Counted from the first letter of the whole stretch, positions 1-12,076 are shown. The stretch: 63,868 nt of DNA, filler included, from Octopus bimaculoides (GCF_001194135.2; 6 parts of 5 records of this genome joined end to end with filler, not necessarily neighbours in it), one strand, 5' to 3'. Numbers and translations are program-made. The notes: generated by a model from the sequence alone, not told the origin.

Positions 1-34
<34 letters not shown>

Positions 35-160
35 ATATATGTGTGTGTGTGTGTGTGTGTGCGTGCGTGTGTGTGTGTGTGTATGTGTGTGTGTGCGTGT
101 GCGTGCGTTTGTCCGTGCGTATGTGTGTGTGTGTGCCAATGTATGCATGCGCGTGTGTAT
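1..160. repeat. Compound microsatellite (ATCT)n-(AT)n-(GT)n
   Basis: Read directly; accounts for the first ORF-track entries. Confidence 0.95.
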
Positions 161-169
161 ATCTTTGCG

Positions 170-495
170 TCTGTGTTTATCCCACCAACATGGTTTGACA
201 ACCACTGTCAGTGTGTTAACATCTACGAAACTTATCGGTTCTGCAAAAAGACCCGATCAAATAAATTTAAGAGAATAAGTACGACTAAGACTCAAGAGGT
301 GGTGCCCCAGCTTAACTGTAATCTATTGACTGAAACAATAAAATGCTTGTCGGTATTTCGTCTCTCTTTACGTTCTGAATTCAAATACCGCCGAGGTCGC
401 CTTCGTCTCTCATCCTTTCAGGGTTTACTTACTGGAGTCGATGTAATCGACTGGTCCGTTCCCCAAAATTTCGGGCCTTGCTACTAGGGTAGAAA
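170..495 (+). mobile_element. Degenerate SINE pieces (3' half of family C followed by family B)
   Basis: Similar to copies at 22515-22897 and 23897-24530 (ttctgagttcaaattccgccgaggtcg / ggtcgat..aatcgact motifs). Confidence 0.7.
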
Positions 496-545
496 AGAAA
501 AAATATATATGAATGTGCAATCGCAGGCACGTGTGTGTGTGTGTG

Positions 546-1016
546 AATTTAGTACTACAGCCAGCCCGATGTGACTTAAGTGTAAACATAAATTACGAGG
601 GCTTGGCAATGACAAGGTGTGAAACAACAGTATTTCAAACTAGTAATTCTTCTGCAATCTCTCTCAACATCTACGACACTATTAAAAAAAAAAAAAATCT
701 TCTAAAATTGTCTGTAAAATCAGTTAGATCTAGTTTCACATTTAAACAACAGTGAAAAATTGATAACAATGAACGAGCAGTTGGAAGGGAGCTATATAAA
801 AAAAATGTTAATTTATTATGAAAGAGGAATGACTTGTAGCACGCCTTAAGAGATCTCGGACAATTACAGAGAAATCTATCTCCGCTGAAAGCATATAAGT
901 TTTAATCCGGCTTTTGTGAATACGCTTCTTATACCAAAATTGGAGGTGTCACTCACGAAGGTTTCTGCGCTAAGTTGCAAGGCTGCTGCTCTGGCAGTCT
1001 ACAAAAGCCAATTAAT
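546..1016 (+). pseudogene. Decayed coding-like segment, unknown family
   Basis: One frame with only 4 stops in about 157 codons (HALRDLGQLQRNLSPLKAYKF*SGFCEYASYTKIGGVTHEGFCAKLQGCCSG). No family recognised. Confidence 0.3.
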
Positions 1017-1123
1017 ACACACACGTGCACGCATATACGGGTGTACAGACACACATGTAAGGGCGCAGGCGTTTCCACATACACATTCGTGTGCTAGTAT
1101 GTGTGTAAATTTTTGTATATAAG

Positions 1124-1426
1124 ATGGAATGAATTCGCGTTATTCTAAATCGCTACAATTGTTTCTGCGCATCAGTATCAGCGGGTAATTGCTGAAGTTT
1201 ACACATACACATCATTTCATTAATATAGTTCAACAATAGTTGTGCGCTCACACGTCTTCAGGTGAAGAGCGTCGAGATTCTCCTGAAGACGTGAAAGTGG
1301 ATGTGTAGTGTTGGGTCATATTAATGCAATAATGTGTATAATATGTGTAAAACACAGCAATTACCAGCTAATACTGATGCGCAGAAAAAAATTATAGCAA
1401 TTTGGAATAAGGCCTGTTCATTCCAT
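1124..1426. repeat. Diverged fold-back element (about 140 bp arms, 19 nt spacer)
   Basis: 1124-1262 is the reverse complement of 1282-1426 with scattered mismatches; the inner 12 bp (cacgtcttcagg/cctgaagacgtg) are perfect. Confidence 0.85.
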
Positions 1427-1835
1427 TTGTTTATATAATAATTTTGTTTTGCATAAAGTATACGATATTAACGGATTTCCAAGTGTTTATGTATTAAACG
1501 AAGTCCTTCTGTACGATAGCATCTGGTAGCCGATACCCGTAGAAGAGAGAACGGCATAATGTTATTACCCACGTAGTATTAGTTTATAAAAATGTATGTA
1601 TATAAACATATATGTATGTATATGAATATTTATGAACGTAAGTATACATATATATATACATGTGTGTGTAAGTATATATATACGTATATGTACACATATA
1701 TATGTGTGTGTACATACATACATAAATGCACGCACGCTCATCCGCATGCGTGCGCGCACACACACACACACACACATGCAGGCGCGCGCGCACACACACA
1801 CACACTATGTTGTATTACATGCTCATCTGTTGCAG

Positions 1836-2719
1836 GAAGTTATCTAGAACCTGCTTATGCGTTGCGAACGGATCGTAGAAAACATCTGAAATTCTGTCCA
1901 GTGGTTTTGAAGTCCTTCGCTATCGTTGCCTATAGATTTTGGAACACAGGAGGGGTAAAAGGTAGATAGTGAGGGAAAACACATGTTTACCTATATAAAT
2001 ATATTGGTTGCAGTCATTATATATCTTTCGACATGCTCAACCACCACGCATTTACATTGTCGTGCGGAAAGAATTCCTTTAAGGTAGATTAAGATTGAAG
2101 AATTTCTGTCTAAAATTTCAGATAGTTGTTGGTTTTTTTCACAGAATCAAGCTTTGTGCTTATTTGCCCACAGACCCGCAGTTTTGACAGTAGGGGTATG
2201 AACCATCAGAAGACGAATTTACTTGTGCTTCAGGAAGGCAACGCTAATATTACAGAATGTTGCAGAATTTCAAACTTTTAAGAAATCTCGTTTTATTTTT
2301 GTAAACTTTTGTAACAATCTAAGTAAAATATTTATTCATCGAACACCCATTTCATGCATTAACCACCATGTATATTTATTATGGCAAACTAAGTATGATA
2401 ACCGTTGGGGCGATATGGGTAAAATACTGCTTCAGATTCTGGCAGAGAAGAATGTCAATTGCTTAACACTCGGCGTAATTCGGAACAAAAACTTACAACA
2501 AGCATACAATACAACTGCTCATTTTACCTGTACCAAAACATCAGAAGCTATAGCATGTATTGCAATCACTTCCTAACCGGACTTTAAAATCACAACATAG
2601 GATGAATTTATTGGCTTTTTGTGCGAAATAAATAGCATTCCTAAGGTTTTGATTGAAAACAGGCTTGAGTTTCTTCCGTTTCAATTCCAATTTCAAACAA
2701 TATGTTATGAAAATATATG
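1836..2719 (+). pseudogene. Coding-like segment, either a decayed ORF or a compact spliced gene; unknown family
   Basis: 2043-2719 has 4 internal stops in about 225 codons. Possible exons 1836-1961, 2122-2195, 2256-2474 and 2601-2719 are phase-compatible with GT-AG ends. Confidence 0.4.
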
Positions 2720-2978
2720 ATAAGCTAATTTGTTTTCAATTAATTGTAAATGGAACTATAACTACAAAATTTCTCTTAGACAAAATATGCGTATGCCATC
2801 TTATAATTTTCATGTAACACGCTTTCAGGTTGCTAATTACGTTCTCATTTTAAACAAGCAACGTTATGAAAATATTAAGCTCATCCTTTATTACTTTTAA
2901 CCCTAACCCTTCCATTTCTCTCCCATTTATTTTACCTTTCCTTTCGATAAATCATTAAATGAATTGTAAACGAAACTA

Positions 2979-3113
2979 CAGGGTGTCCACAGAGTCTGTG
3001 TACATACAGACTAACATACTTTCTTAAATAATTTCTTAAACATACTTTAAGAAATTATTTCTTTTATTTAATTGTTTAAGTTATGATTTTATTTACTCCA
3101 TGTAGACACCCTA
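2979..3113. mobile_element. Tc1/mariner-type MITE
   Basis: TIRs cagggtgtccaca / tgtagacacccta flanked by TA on both sides. Confidence 0.75.
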
Positions 3114-3290
3114 TATAACAATTATGTTTCTCATAGACAAATTGTGCTTATGGAATTGTATATCTGGATCACTTTATTGTGAAAACAGGTTTACACCTCG
3201 ATGTTCGTATTCCAATTAAGAAAATAGCCAATTTTTCGATGTACATACATACATGCATACATACATACACATAGACGTATATATATATAT

Positions 3291-3333
<43 letters not shown>

Positions 3334-3560
3334 NNNNNNNNNNNNNNNNNNNNNNNNNNNNNNNNNNNNNNNNNNNNNNNNNNNNNNNNNNNNNNNNNNN
3401 NNNNNNNNNNNNNNNNNNNNNNNNNNNNNNNNNNNNNNNNNNNNNNNNNNNNNNNNNNNNNNNNNNNNNNNNNNNNNNNNNNNNNNNNNNNNNNNNNNNN
3501 NNNNNNNNNNNNNNNNNNNNNNNNNNNNNNNNNNNNNNNNNNNNNNNNNNNNNNNNNNNN

Positions 3561-3592
<32 letters not shown>

Positions 3593-3966
3593 TACGTATA
3601 TTTATATGTATAAATGTCTGAATCTATATGTTTTATGTTACGTGTATGCATGCAAACGCCTATGTGTATATGAGAATGAAGTTGCGTACACATTTATATA
3701 TATATACATGTGTGAGACTGTGAGCGGATATGTGTGTATGTATGAGTACGTACATACAGATATATGTTTGTATATGTATGTACATGTACGTGTAGATGTT
3801 TATGAGAGTATGTACGTATGTAGACGTTATGAACGCAAGAGGCTTATGTCTATGTATTGTGAAAATATGGTTGCGTGTATGTTTTATCTTTTGTCTTTTT
3901 TATTTTCTACCTATTAGAGTAACTTCCCTTTTATTCAACGGTTTTTCATAGCGTCTATGGGTATTG

Positions 3967-4025
3967 ATAGCCGATGAGAATGCACCGTTGCTCTTTGCTC
4001 CGACATCCGAAACTCCGAGTATTAT
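3967..4025 (+). ncRNA. Minimal type I hammerhead ribozyme remnant (core U4C)
   Basis: atag-CCGATGA-gaatg..catcc-GAAA-ctc c gag-TA-ttat: stems I-III pair, GUA triplet, one core mutation. Confidence 0.6.
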
Positions 4026-5042
4026 AATGAAAATTTAATGTTTGTTCTAAATTATAACATATATAACTAATCCTCTATTTATCTAATATCGAGGTCTCAT
4101 CCTTTTGTTGTCACTGTTTATTATACATATATGCATAATATTATCTACATGTGTATATTTATGTACATATATACATCTATATATATGCTATTTGTGTGTA
4201 TGAATGTTCACTTGCGTGTTTAATTGCTAGTTGTGCTTTGCAGCTACTTATAAATCTCTTGGATTTTCATGATTTTCTGCATGACTGTCATATGTTTCTA
4301 TTCTTTACTTTGCTTAATAATTTCGGTCATCGGTAACATTTTAACCTCTTTTCTGTACATTTCTTTCCCTTTCTCGGTATCTTGTAGCTCACAACACTGG
4401 TCATAGTTTGCTCTCCTTTTGTAGCCCCAAATATTCAAAGCTGCCATAATGCGTAATGTTCTGAACTTCACTTTGTATGCAAAACTTTAAAAACACTTAA
4501 TCTTTGGCATTATTCATCTTAGTCTCTAGATTTATTCAAATGTTTTTCTCTTGCATGCGTGTCTCAAGTGGTCTCAACATAGTAATACTTTTAAATATCT
4601 TGCATTTTGGCGAAATTATTTATTGAAGAATTTTCAGATTTTTTTCGAATGAAAAATTTGAGACTTGTTTTCAAATCATTAATTTTGGAATTAACCATTG
4701 TTTAATTCAGATTAACTGATCTTCATCAATTATTCTATTGGTTCATCTGTGAATTTTTCTATTCTCTAGATTTCACTTGGTTCAACGTTTTCTCTGATTC
4801 TTAGACCACTGTCTCTACGAGATATAATTCCTAATTTCTGAAATAAGTCTCCTCCCTAGGAATCTAACTTCCGTTTTACCTGGTCAATAGATGTCCCTAA
4901 ATGCATGTTATAGAAAGTCTTCCTGAGTCTCAAGAGTGAATGTGTGTGCGTTTATAAAATAGTCCTGCCCATCTATATACGCATAGATGCGTACATATAT
5001 TTAAGGAATACGCATATATATATATATATATATATATATAAA

Positions 5043-5945
5043 GAGATAGTACTAGTTAGCTTTGACGTAGCTAGTCTCTACAAAAATACCCATTATATAT
5101 ATGGACGAGAAGCAGTAGAATTCTGGATAAACAAACAACCACAAAGAAATCAGGAGAGATTATCAAAAGAATGTATACTTGAAAGTTTACAGGTAGAAGT
5201 AGAAAACAAACACATTTTCTTTAATAATCAATACTATCTACAAATACAAGGCACTGCGATAGGGACGAAAGTAGTACCAACATTGACACACTAGTAATGG
5301 GATACCATGAAGAAAAAAAAATCTACACCTTATTCAGGGCTATTTTTGACCACCACTTTCAAACCTACTTTATCGGAAACTGGAAAACATTCTTAGATGA
5401 CTGCTTTATACTTTGGAACCGAAATAAGGAGGACCTTACAAAATTTCTTAAATTAATGAATAACATTCATGTATCAATCTAATTAACTATGAAAATGAAT
5501 GAAAAGAACTCCCCTTTTTGGATATTCTGACAGTTGAAGAAAATGAGACAGTTACTACTGACTTCTACTACACTAACAGAGACACACACCAATATTTAGA
5601 TTTTAGATCTTACCACCCTTCCTACACAAAAAGGAACATACCATTTAATATGGCAAGGCGCATATGCTCAATAGTCACTGTTAGAAGAGGAAAACGACTG
5701 GCAGAACTTAACATGTTCCTTCAGAAACAAAAATATCTCAACATGCCATGAAAAATCAAAGGAAATCTCAATCTATACCTTGCAGAGAAACACTCAGCCT
5801 AGGTGTGAAAATAAAGATACAACTACAAATATTACGTTTGTAGTTAGCCTAAATACTAGAAACCACAACATATACTATGAACGGGAACGTGAAACTCAGA
5901 GTAACGATTTTTTTGTTATATTTCTGCTGCTTTTAAATAAAGTAT
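5043..5945 (+). mobile_element. Penelope-like retroelement remnant (RT region plus 3' repeat piece)
   Basis: Frameshifted RT motifs VSFDVASLY, YLQIQGTAIGT, FLDDCFILW, DTHQYLDFRSYHP..KRNIPFNMARRI, typical of PLE RT/thumb; hammerhead remnant directly downstream. Confidence 0.9.
5875..5911 (+). ncRNA. Hammerhead remnant at PLE 3' end (core G deleted)
   Basis: CTATGA-acg ggaa cgt-GAAA-ctc a gag-TA-acgatttt; same family as the motif at 23054-23099. Confidence 0.65.
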
Positions 5946-6244
5946 ATATATATATATATATATATATNNNNNNNNNNNNNNNNNNNNNNNNNNNNNNNNN
6001 NNNNNNNNNNNNNNNNNNNNNNNNNNNNNNNNNNNNNNNNNNNNNNNNNNNNNNNNNNNNNNNNNNNNNNNNNNNNNNNNNNNNNNNNNNNNNNNNNNNN
6101 NNNNNNNNNNNNNNNNNNNNNNNNNNNNNNNNNNNNNNNNNNNNNNNNNNNNNNNNNNNNNNNNNNNNNNNNNNNNNNNNNNNNNNNNNNNNNNNNNNNN
6201 NNNNNNNNNNNNNNNNNNNNNNNNNNNNNNNNNNNNNNNNNNNN

Positions 6245-6440
6245 AGGATATGGCAAAAAATGAAATGACTGAAGACAGTGTCACATAAGACTAGTGCACT
6301 TTAAAGCACAAAAAATTCATTTTCATAACCAGAAAGCGAAATTAATCAAAATACGAATAAGCCTGTAAACTATCATCGTCCCAATTGTGAATTTGCTGCC
6401 AGGCCAAATGCTGGCATAACTAACCGTCTCCGCGTGCAAC
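6245..6440 (+). mobile_element. Probable RTE-type LINE 3' end fragment
   Basis: Decayed translation ending PNCEFAARPNAGITNRLR resembles the C-terminal C2H2-like motif of RTE ORFs. Confidence 0.4.
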
Positions 6441-6841
6441 TTGTAATCGGCATTATAAAACACCTTGAGAACTGAAATAACATATGCACAGCCATAAACA
6501 TAAATAAATGTCTTTCTACATATTAAAATGTAAATAATGTAAACAAATTAACAATATTGTAGGATTTTTCATCTGTGGATAGTGTTTTAGTGTGTGTATC
6601 GTTCGTGAGTTTGCATCTTGCCATTTTCCAGAGCAACAGCTCATTTACCTGAATGTTGCTATCTTTTTATTACTTCAGGTTCTCGTGACTTACTTGTGTT
6701 CTTACACAGTACTCATACATTGTTTTAGGCGGTAAATCTAATTATATGTATTTTCAATACCTGGACAAAACGTACACTGCCAATAATTAGTTTTAAATAA
6801 ATTAATCCAACACATACTGAATCCGTTTCTTGCTTTTTAGG

Positions 6842-8440
6842 TATGTGTTCATACATATGAAATTGCTGTTTCATTCACTGCCTTTACGATTTAGGATACA
6901 TTAAGCATGTCAATGGTCTCAATTGGAATATCATTTACTAAAATTAAAGTATGTATAACTGGCAAAACAAGTATTATTCGAACAAATTGAACGCAGATGT
7001 GTATCTATCTATTAATTGCCATTAACGTGGTCTAAGAGACGACCAAAATATGCCATTAGTAATCAAATCAAAGTATCATAAGTGTGGAAGCTAGATCACG
7101 TTGTCAAAAGTTTCCCGTCATTAACTACCTGCAATATCAACGAAGTTTTATATGTAGATATAAATATCTACACACTCAATGCCAATTACTTATACCTGGA
7201 TAACATTAACGATATCTTCACAAAGCTGAATGATACCACAATTGGAATAAAAGTAAATCATGGCACATCTATTTCAGCTATTCAGGATTTCCTTTATTGA
7301 TAATATACTTTTAATACTAAGTTATCAGTGATATACTTTAACAACTTTGTCGGTTGAGCATTGAAGGAAAAGGGAGCTACAATTGATCACGTTTCATACA
7401 ATAATGCTATGAAGCAAGGATTTATGAACGTAGATTCTCCATATGGCTTCGAATTAATTGGAAGGAACATTTAGAGCATGGAATGGTCTGCTTTAACATT
7501 AACTCTTATTAAATTTTATGTAACTAGCCACACATGTAAAAATCCTGAGAATAATATGTTTCTTGTACAACATCTTTTCATTTTGAAGCAGAACGGAAAG
7601 ATTTCTGAAACCCTGGAAATCTTGGTGTAATACTACCATGGTACGCTTCGTCCGTGAGGTGGCTCAAAGAAGGATGGTTAATTTAGAATGTATGAAATTA
7701 CGAATTTCACCTAAAAGCATACACGCAATCATTTCCATCAATCGATTGTAGCTTCTGAAAACAAGGGAGGAAAAGTTCGTGCCTACAATATTCCTAAAAT
7801 GTTCATGTCAGTAAATTCGAATGTCCGAAGGAGCAAACCATTATGTTATATTACATCTGATGGTATATACCCTGTACATTATTTGCAGACGGCTCTTAAA
7901 AATTCTACTGACATAGTCAAATATAGCTTGGAGAATATTTTGAAAGGCAATGAAGATATTTGAAAGCTTTGATATTTTTATTATTTGTGAAGTCGGAAAA
8001 AGAATGAATATGCCAGAAAGTGTCGTTCTTTCATAAATTTGGTGCTTACAATTCTCTGTAAACAAAACAAAACAAAAATCATTATGTTAGTCATCCGTTC
8101 ATTTTCTGAATGAACGCATCAGCAAGAAGTATTGCACCATGGATATTATTATTGCAGAAAGTAAATTCGCTGAAAAAGATAACAAAACAAAAAAAGTAAA
8201 CGTGCAATGAAGTCGAGAACATACTATTCATTGGAGTTTTTTGGCGATTTATCACAAGTACTTGAAGCAATATCAGAACATTTGCAAAATGTATTATCAA
8301 CAAAAAGTATTCCTCTTTGTACTGAAAATGATATGAACTATCATAAAATGAAGCCGTTTATCGTAAGACCATTCAGTGTGAATATTTCCAGAGAAAATAC
8401 ACAATTCTTACTCGGACATTTAGTGAAGAAAGCATGGTGA
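6842..8440 (+). pseudogene. Long decayed single-frame ORF (about 530 codons), unknown family
   Basis: One frame, which contains track ORFs 7082-7300 and 8207-8440, has about 19 internal stops over 533 codons and protein-like text; no SINEs or microsatellites inside. Confidence 0.5.
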
Positions 8441-10055
8441 TATATGTGGTGGCTTGGCATATTATATTCAGGCGGGATGTTAAAAATGTTGATTGTCAAC
8501 TACGCTAAATATCATATACACTATGGAAATATACACACACTCTCATGTCAATACACGTGATTGTTTGCCAATACAAACACGCATATGTATGTATTTATGT
8601 ATATATGTATATATGCATAGATGAGTGAGCACATACTTACACACAAGCACACACAAGTATATGCAGCATATTTAAGCATATCAGAGTTTGTGTAAGTGAT
8701 GAACTTCTAGGTCTGGACCTCTCTTTGTACATAAGCTCATATATAAAATACGGTTGTATATGTACATACATATATACTTTTATACACTTGTATTAATGGC
8801 CACACACAAATCTATACATATTGGCGAAATATATGCGTACATCGGTGAATATGTATGTACACGCAAAGACGCACATATACTCATACATTAAAAATATCGT
8901 ACTCTAGCGATCTAGAATTATTACTAGGCTATAGTATTAGTCTGACAACAAATATGTTCTAATACTGGCATGCAGCAAATCGAAGAAAAGACTTTAATAT
9001 AGATTTTAGTTCAGGCTGATTTATTATTGGTATCCAATGAGAAGAATAATGTAGTATGGAATTGCATTAGTATTTGTTACATGTCCTGTTCTGAATACAT
9101 AGTCCTTATAGCAAATGTCGTTGTTAATCATGATGACTAGCAAGATATTTGAGTAAATGACATATACTGCAGTGTTGTATATTTACGGACAATAAAACAG
9201 CGAGCTGTCAGAATGGTTAGAAAGTCGGAAAATGCCTAGCATATTTGTTTTGATTCATTAAAACTTTCATCCTTTCGATGGATTTCAGTATCAGTCAAAG
9301 AGACTGGGGCGATGGTATCCATACTTTAAAAATCTCTGGCCGTGGTGCTTAAATGAGAAACCATATACTTACGGACAATTAGTTTAAAATTTAGAGTTGA
9401 AAGATTCTTCAATCCTTGCGCTTATGTTTGAAACCTGGAATTGGTAGTTTCTCTAGAACCATGGACAAAATGACTTGTATATGTTCCGACTGTTTACATT
9501 CTGAATCAAAATCCTGTCAAGGTCAACGTCGACTTTTATCCAACCACGATCAAGAAAAATAACATTAAGTACAGGTATTAATAAAATATCCTGTTCCTTC
9601 CTCCAAATTTGAGATCTTGTGTCTAAGAGAAAGAAATCAATATTTACCCTTCAATCGGATCTCTTCTATTCCCGATCATTATTGTGTCATACGCCAGGAT
9701 GTATACATCATGCACTGTAATATATAATGCACTGTTATACATATGCACTGTTATTTCTAAATTAGTGGTTGTGATGCAGTCTGACACAGAACATTATAAT
9801 TATTGGTTTGCTGGATAAAAGCTGTCTTTCGTAAGAACAACAACAAAAACAACGATATTTATGGTTATTGATGTACATCGAATATAGATATATGACGTTG
9901 CCAGAATTATTTCTTTGTAGCCTGGTGATTGTGCATAAGCTCAATCAAACCTAAAACGAGGAACAAAGGACATTTGTTTCCAAGTATTACCGTTTACACA
10001 ACTACATAGCGGTGCTGTCATTGGCTTTAATATCGATTTCTAAGACGATCGCACA

Positions 10056-10085
10056 ATGATTCAGATTTTAGGAGAACTGCTTCTG
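10056..10085 (+). CDS. Possible first coding exon of the + strand gene (MIQILGELLL)
   Basis: ATG with A at -3, in-frame stop 15 nt upstream, donor CTG|GTATCA in phase 0 matching one reading of exon 11611. Short and speculative. Confidence 0.25.
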
Positions 10086-10125
10086 GTATCATTTCTCCAG
10101 AAACAGCAGCAATCTGAACTCGGAA

Positions 10126-10201
<76 letters not shown>

Positions 10202-10224
10202 CATCTATCTATCTATCTATCTCT
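10126..10224. repeat. (ATCT)n microsatellite
   Basis: Read directly. Confidence 0.95.
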
Positions 10225-10355
10225 ACTGACGGACGTGCTGTCACATCGGCTGCAGAAGTAAACGTTTTTTTTTTACCTTATATTGCTCACATTTATTAAA
10301 ACGTTTTTCATNNNNNNNNNNNNNNNNNNNNNNNNNNNNNNNNNNNNNNNNNNNN

Positions 10356-10367
10356 TTAATTAATTAA
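10356..10367. other. Assembly linker TTAATTAATTAA inside an N gap (also 22020, 28433, 42821, 62704)
   Basis: Identical 12-mer centred in N runs five times; it gives stops in all six frames. Confidence 0.95.
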
Positions 10368-10411
10368 NNNNNNNNNNNNNNNNNNNNNNNNNNNNNNNNN
10401 NNNNNNNNNNN

Positions 10412-10696
10412 AGGACCAGTGAAACTGGAGAATATTTGGGCCTCAACATAACCAACGAAGAGGTTCCCGTAGTTGGGGCCCATTCTCGTCCCCATGGCCA
10501 CTCCCGATTTTTGCTGGTAGATATCTCCCGCGAACGAGAAGCAGTTGAGAGATAGGACAAGTTCGGCCAGACGAATGAGTGTGGAGGTGTCGGGTTGTGG
10601 GTTGGGGCGTTGGTCTAGAAAAAACTTCAGGGCACGCAGCCCCTCGTCGTGGGGGATCACTGTATAGAGGCTCTGGATGTCTAGAGTGAAGAGAAG
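10412..10696 (-). mobile_element. Penelope-like RT fragment with uninterrupted frame
   Basis: LLFTLDIQSLYTVIPHDEGLRALKFFL..LIRLAELVLSLNCFSF..YQQKSGVAMGTRMGPNYGNLFVGYVE; cut by a gap; more GC-rich than flanks. Confidence 0.92.
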
Positions 10697-10699
10697 CTT

Positions 10700-10945
10700 A
10701 TATATATATACGTGCGTGTGTGTGTTTCATTGTGTATGTGTTTGTCTCCGACCTCCAGCTTGACAATCGCTGTTGATATGGTTGCGTCACCGTAACTTAG
10801 CGGTTCAGCAAAAGTGACCGGTAGAATAAGTACCATGCTTAAAACGTAAGTTCTGAGGCCGATCCATTCGGCTAAAGCTCTTTAAGACGGTACCCCAGCA
10901 TGGCCGCGGTCTAATGACTGAAACAAATAAAAGATAAAAGACAAA
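10700..10945 (+). mobile_element. SINE family C, 3' half
   Basis: cgtaacttagcggttcagcaaaag..gaataagtac..ccagcatggccgc..actgaaaca as in the full copies. Confidence 0.75.
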
Positions 10946-11360
10946 AAGAAATTAAAGATAATTCCCTGCATCTTTTCTATGAGGGTTTCATTAACTGCTA
11001 GAAATATCAGCTAAATTCCATTACTTACACCCTAGCATCCTCAAAAAGACAGGACACGTTGAACAACGTAATCCTAGATATGCAATGCCTGAGGGAAAAA
11101 AATAGAACTGACATCGTGCGAACGCCTATGCTCACATTTATAAAAATATATATGAATATATACATCTACTTATTCCATAATGTTTTAACCTTGTTTACTA
11201 TAATACTCTTTTCCAATATTTTTAGATTCTAACTCTTAATAATTATATTAATACCGTTAATGTAGGGATTAGTTTGCAGATTTCGTCTCTTTATATATAT
11301 TTTTATTTCTCATGTTTATGTTTATTCCTTGAATGATTTTAGGTATTTTCTGAGGGATTT

Positions 11361-11475
11361 GACCTGAAGAGTGACTGATTTTGGGAGTAAAACCATTTCC
11401 CCGTTCTAATAAACTCGGATAGAATTTGCTTATGATTTCATATAGTCCTATTTCAGCCATGAAACGCGCGTAGTC
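11361..11475 (+). ncRNA. Minimal hammerhead ribozyme with long stem II
   Basis: gac-CTGAAGA-gtgactga...tcagccat-GAAA-CGCGCG-TA-gtc: intact core, palindromic stem III ACGCGCGT, GUA triplet. Confidence 0.7.
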
Positions 11476-11610
11476 TATGTACTAGCACTAACTTTTACAT
11501 TTATACTTACTTCCATACTATATATTATCGTATTAATTTTTACTGTCCAATTTATAAATTTGACTTAAAATTTTTTGTTTAATTAATATTTCTATGATTT
11601 ATTTATACAG

Positions 11611-11683
11611 CTACATTTAAGGCGGAAGAACCTAGACAAAGAGCAGTGTCCTTGGCTTTTGCAGATCATCCTACATCCGTGAG
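11611..11683 (+). CDS. Internal exon of predicted gene (3' end 11678 or 11683; frame ambiguous)
   Basis: Acceptor tttatttatacag; donors CC|GTGAGG or AG|GT. Reads TFKAEEPRQRAVSLAFADHPTSVR or LHLRRKNLDKEQCPWLLQIILHP; both join the next exon in frame. Confidence 0.55.
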
Positions 11684-11798
11684 GTNNNNNNNNNNNNNNN
11701 NNNNNNNNNNNNNNNNNNNNNNNNNNNNNNNNNNNNNNNNNNNNNNNNNNNNNNNNNNNNNNNNNNNNNNNNNNNNNNNNNNNNNNNNNNNNNNNNNN

Positions 11799-11841
<43 letters not shown>

Positions 11842-11979
11842 TGAATACTTACAAAATGTGAGGGTCAACCGATATATCAATTCGGAATGCAAAAAAAAAA
11901 AGCCCCAAAGTCCTGTGGATATCTACTAGTGCCTTCCATCAAAATAGTGCGATAAATATAATAAAGAAGTTTTTTAAAG

Positions 11980-12076
11980 AACTGAAATTTCAAAGGATCT
12001 GCATTTTTTTGTCGAGACCCGAAATGAATTCGCTTACAAGTTCCACCTTGCAAAATTTTTCTTGGAGGTCCTGTGT
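11980..12076 (+). CDS. Internal exon (TEISKDLHFFVETRNEFAYKFHLAKFFLEVLC)
   Basis: Strong donor TGT|GTGAGT in phase 0 and open frame; acceptor is a weak AAG (11980 or 11996). Confidence 0.6.

Noticed and set aside
7130-7220. VLYVD..LYLDNINDIF as a glycosyltransferase DxD region
   Set aside because: Second Asp is missing and no other motif supports it.
9766-9983. Exon-like segments with good splice sites (9766-9830, 9921 onward)
   Set aside because: Stops in compatible frames; could only be UTR exons.
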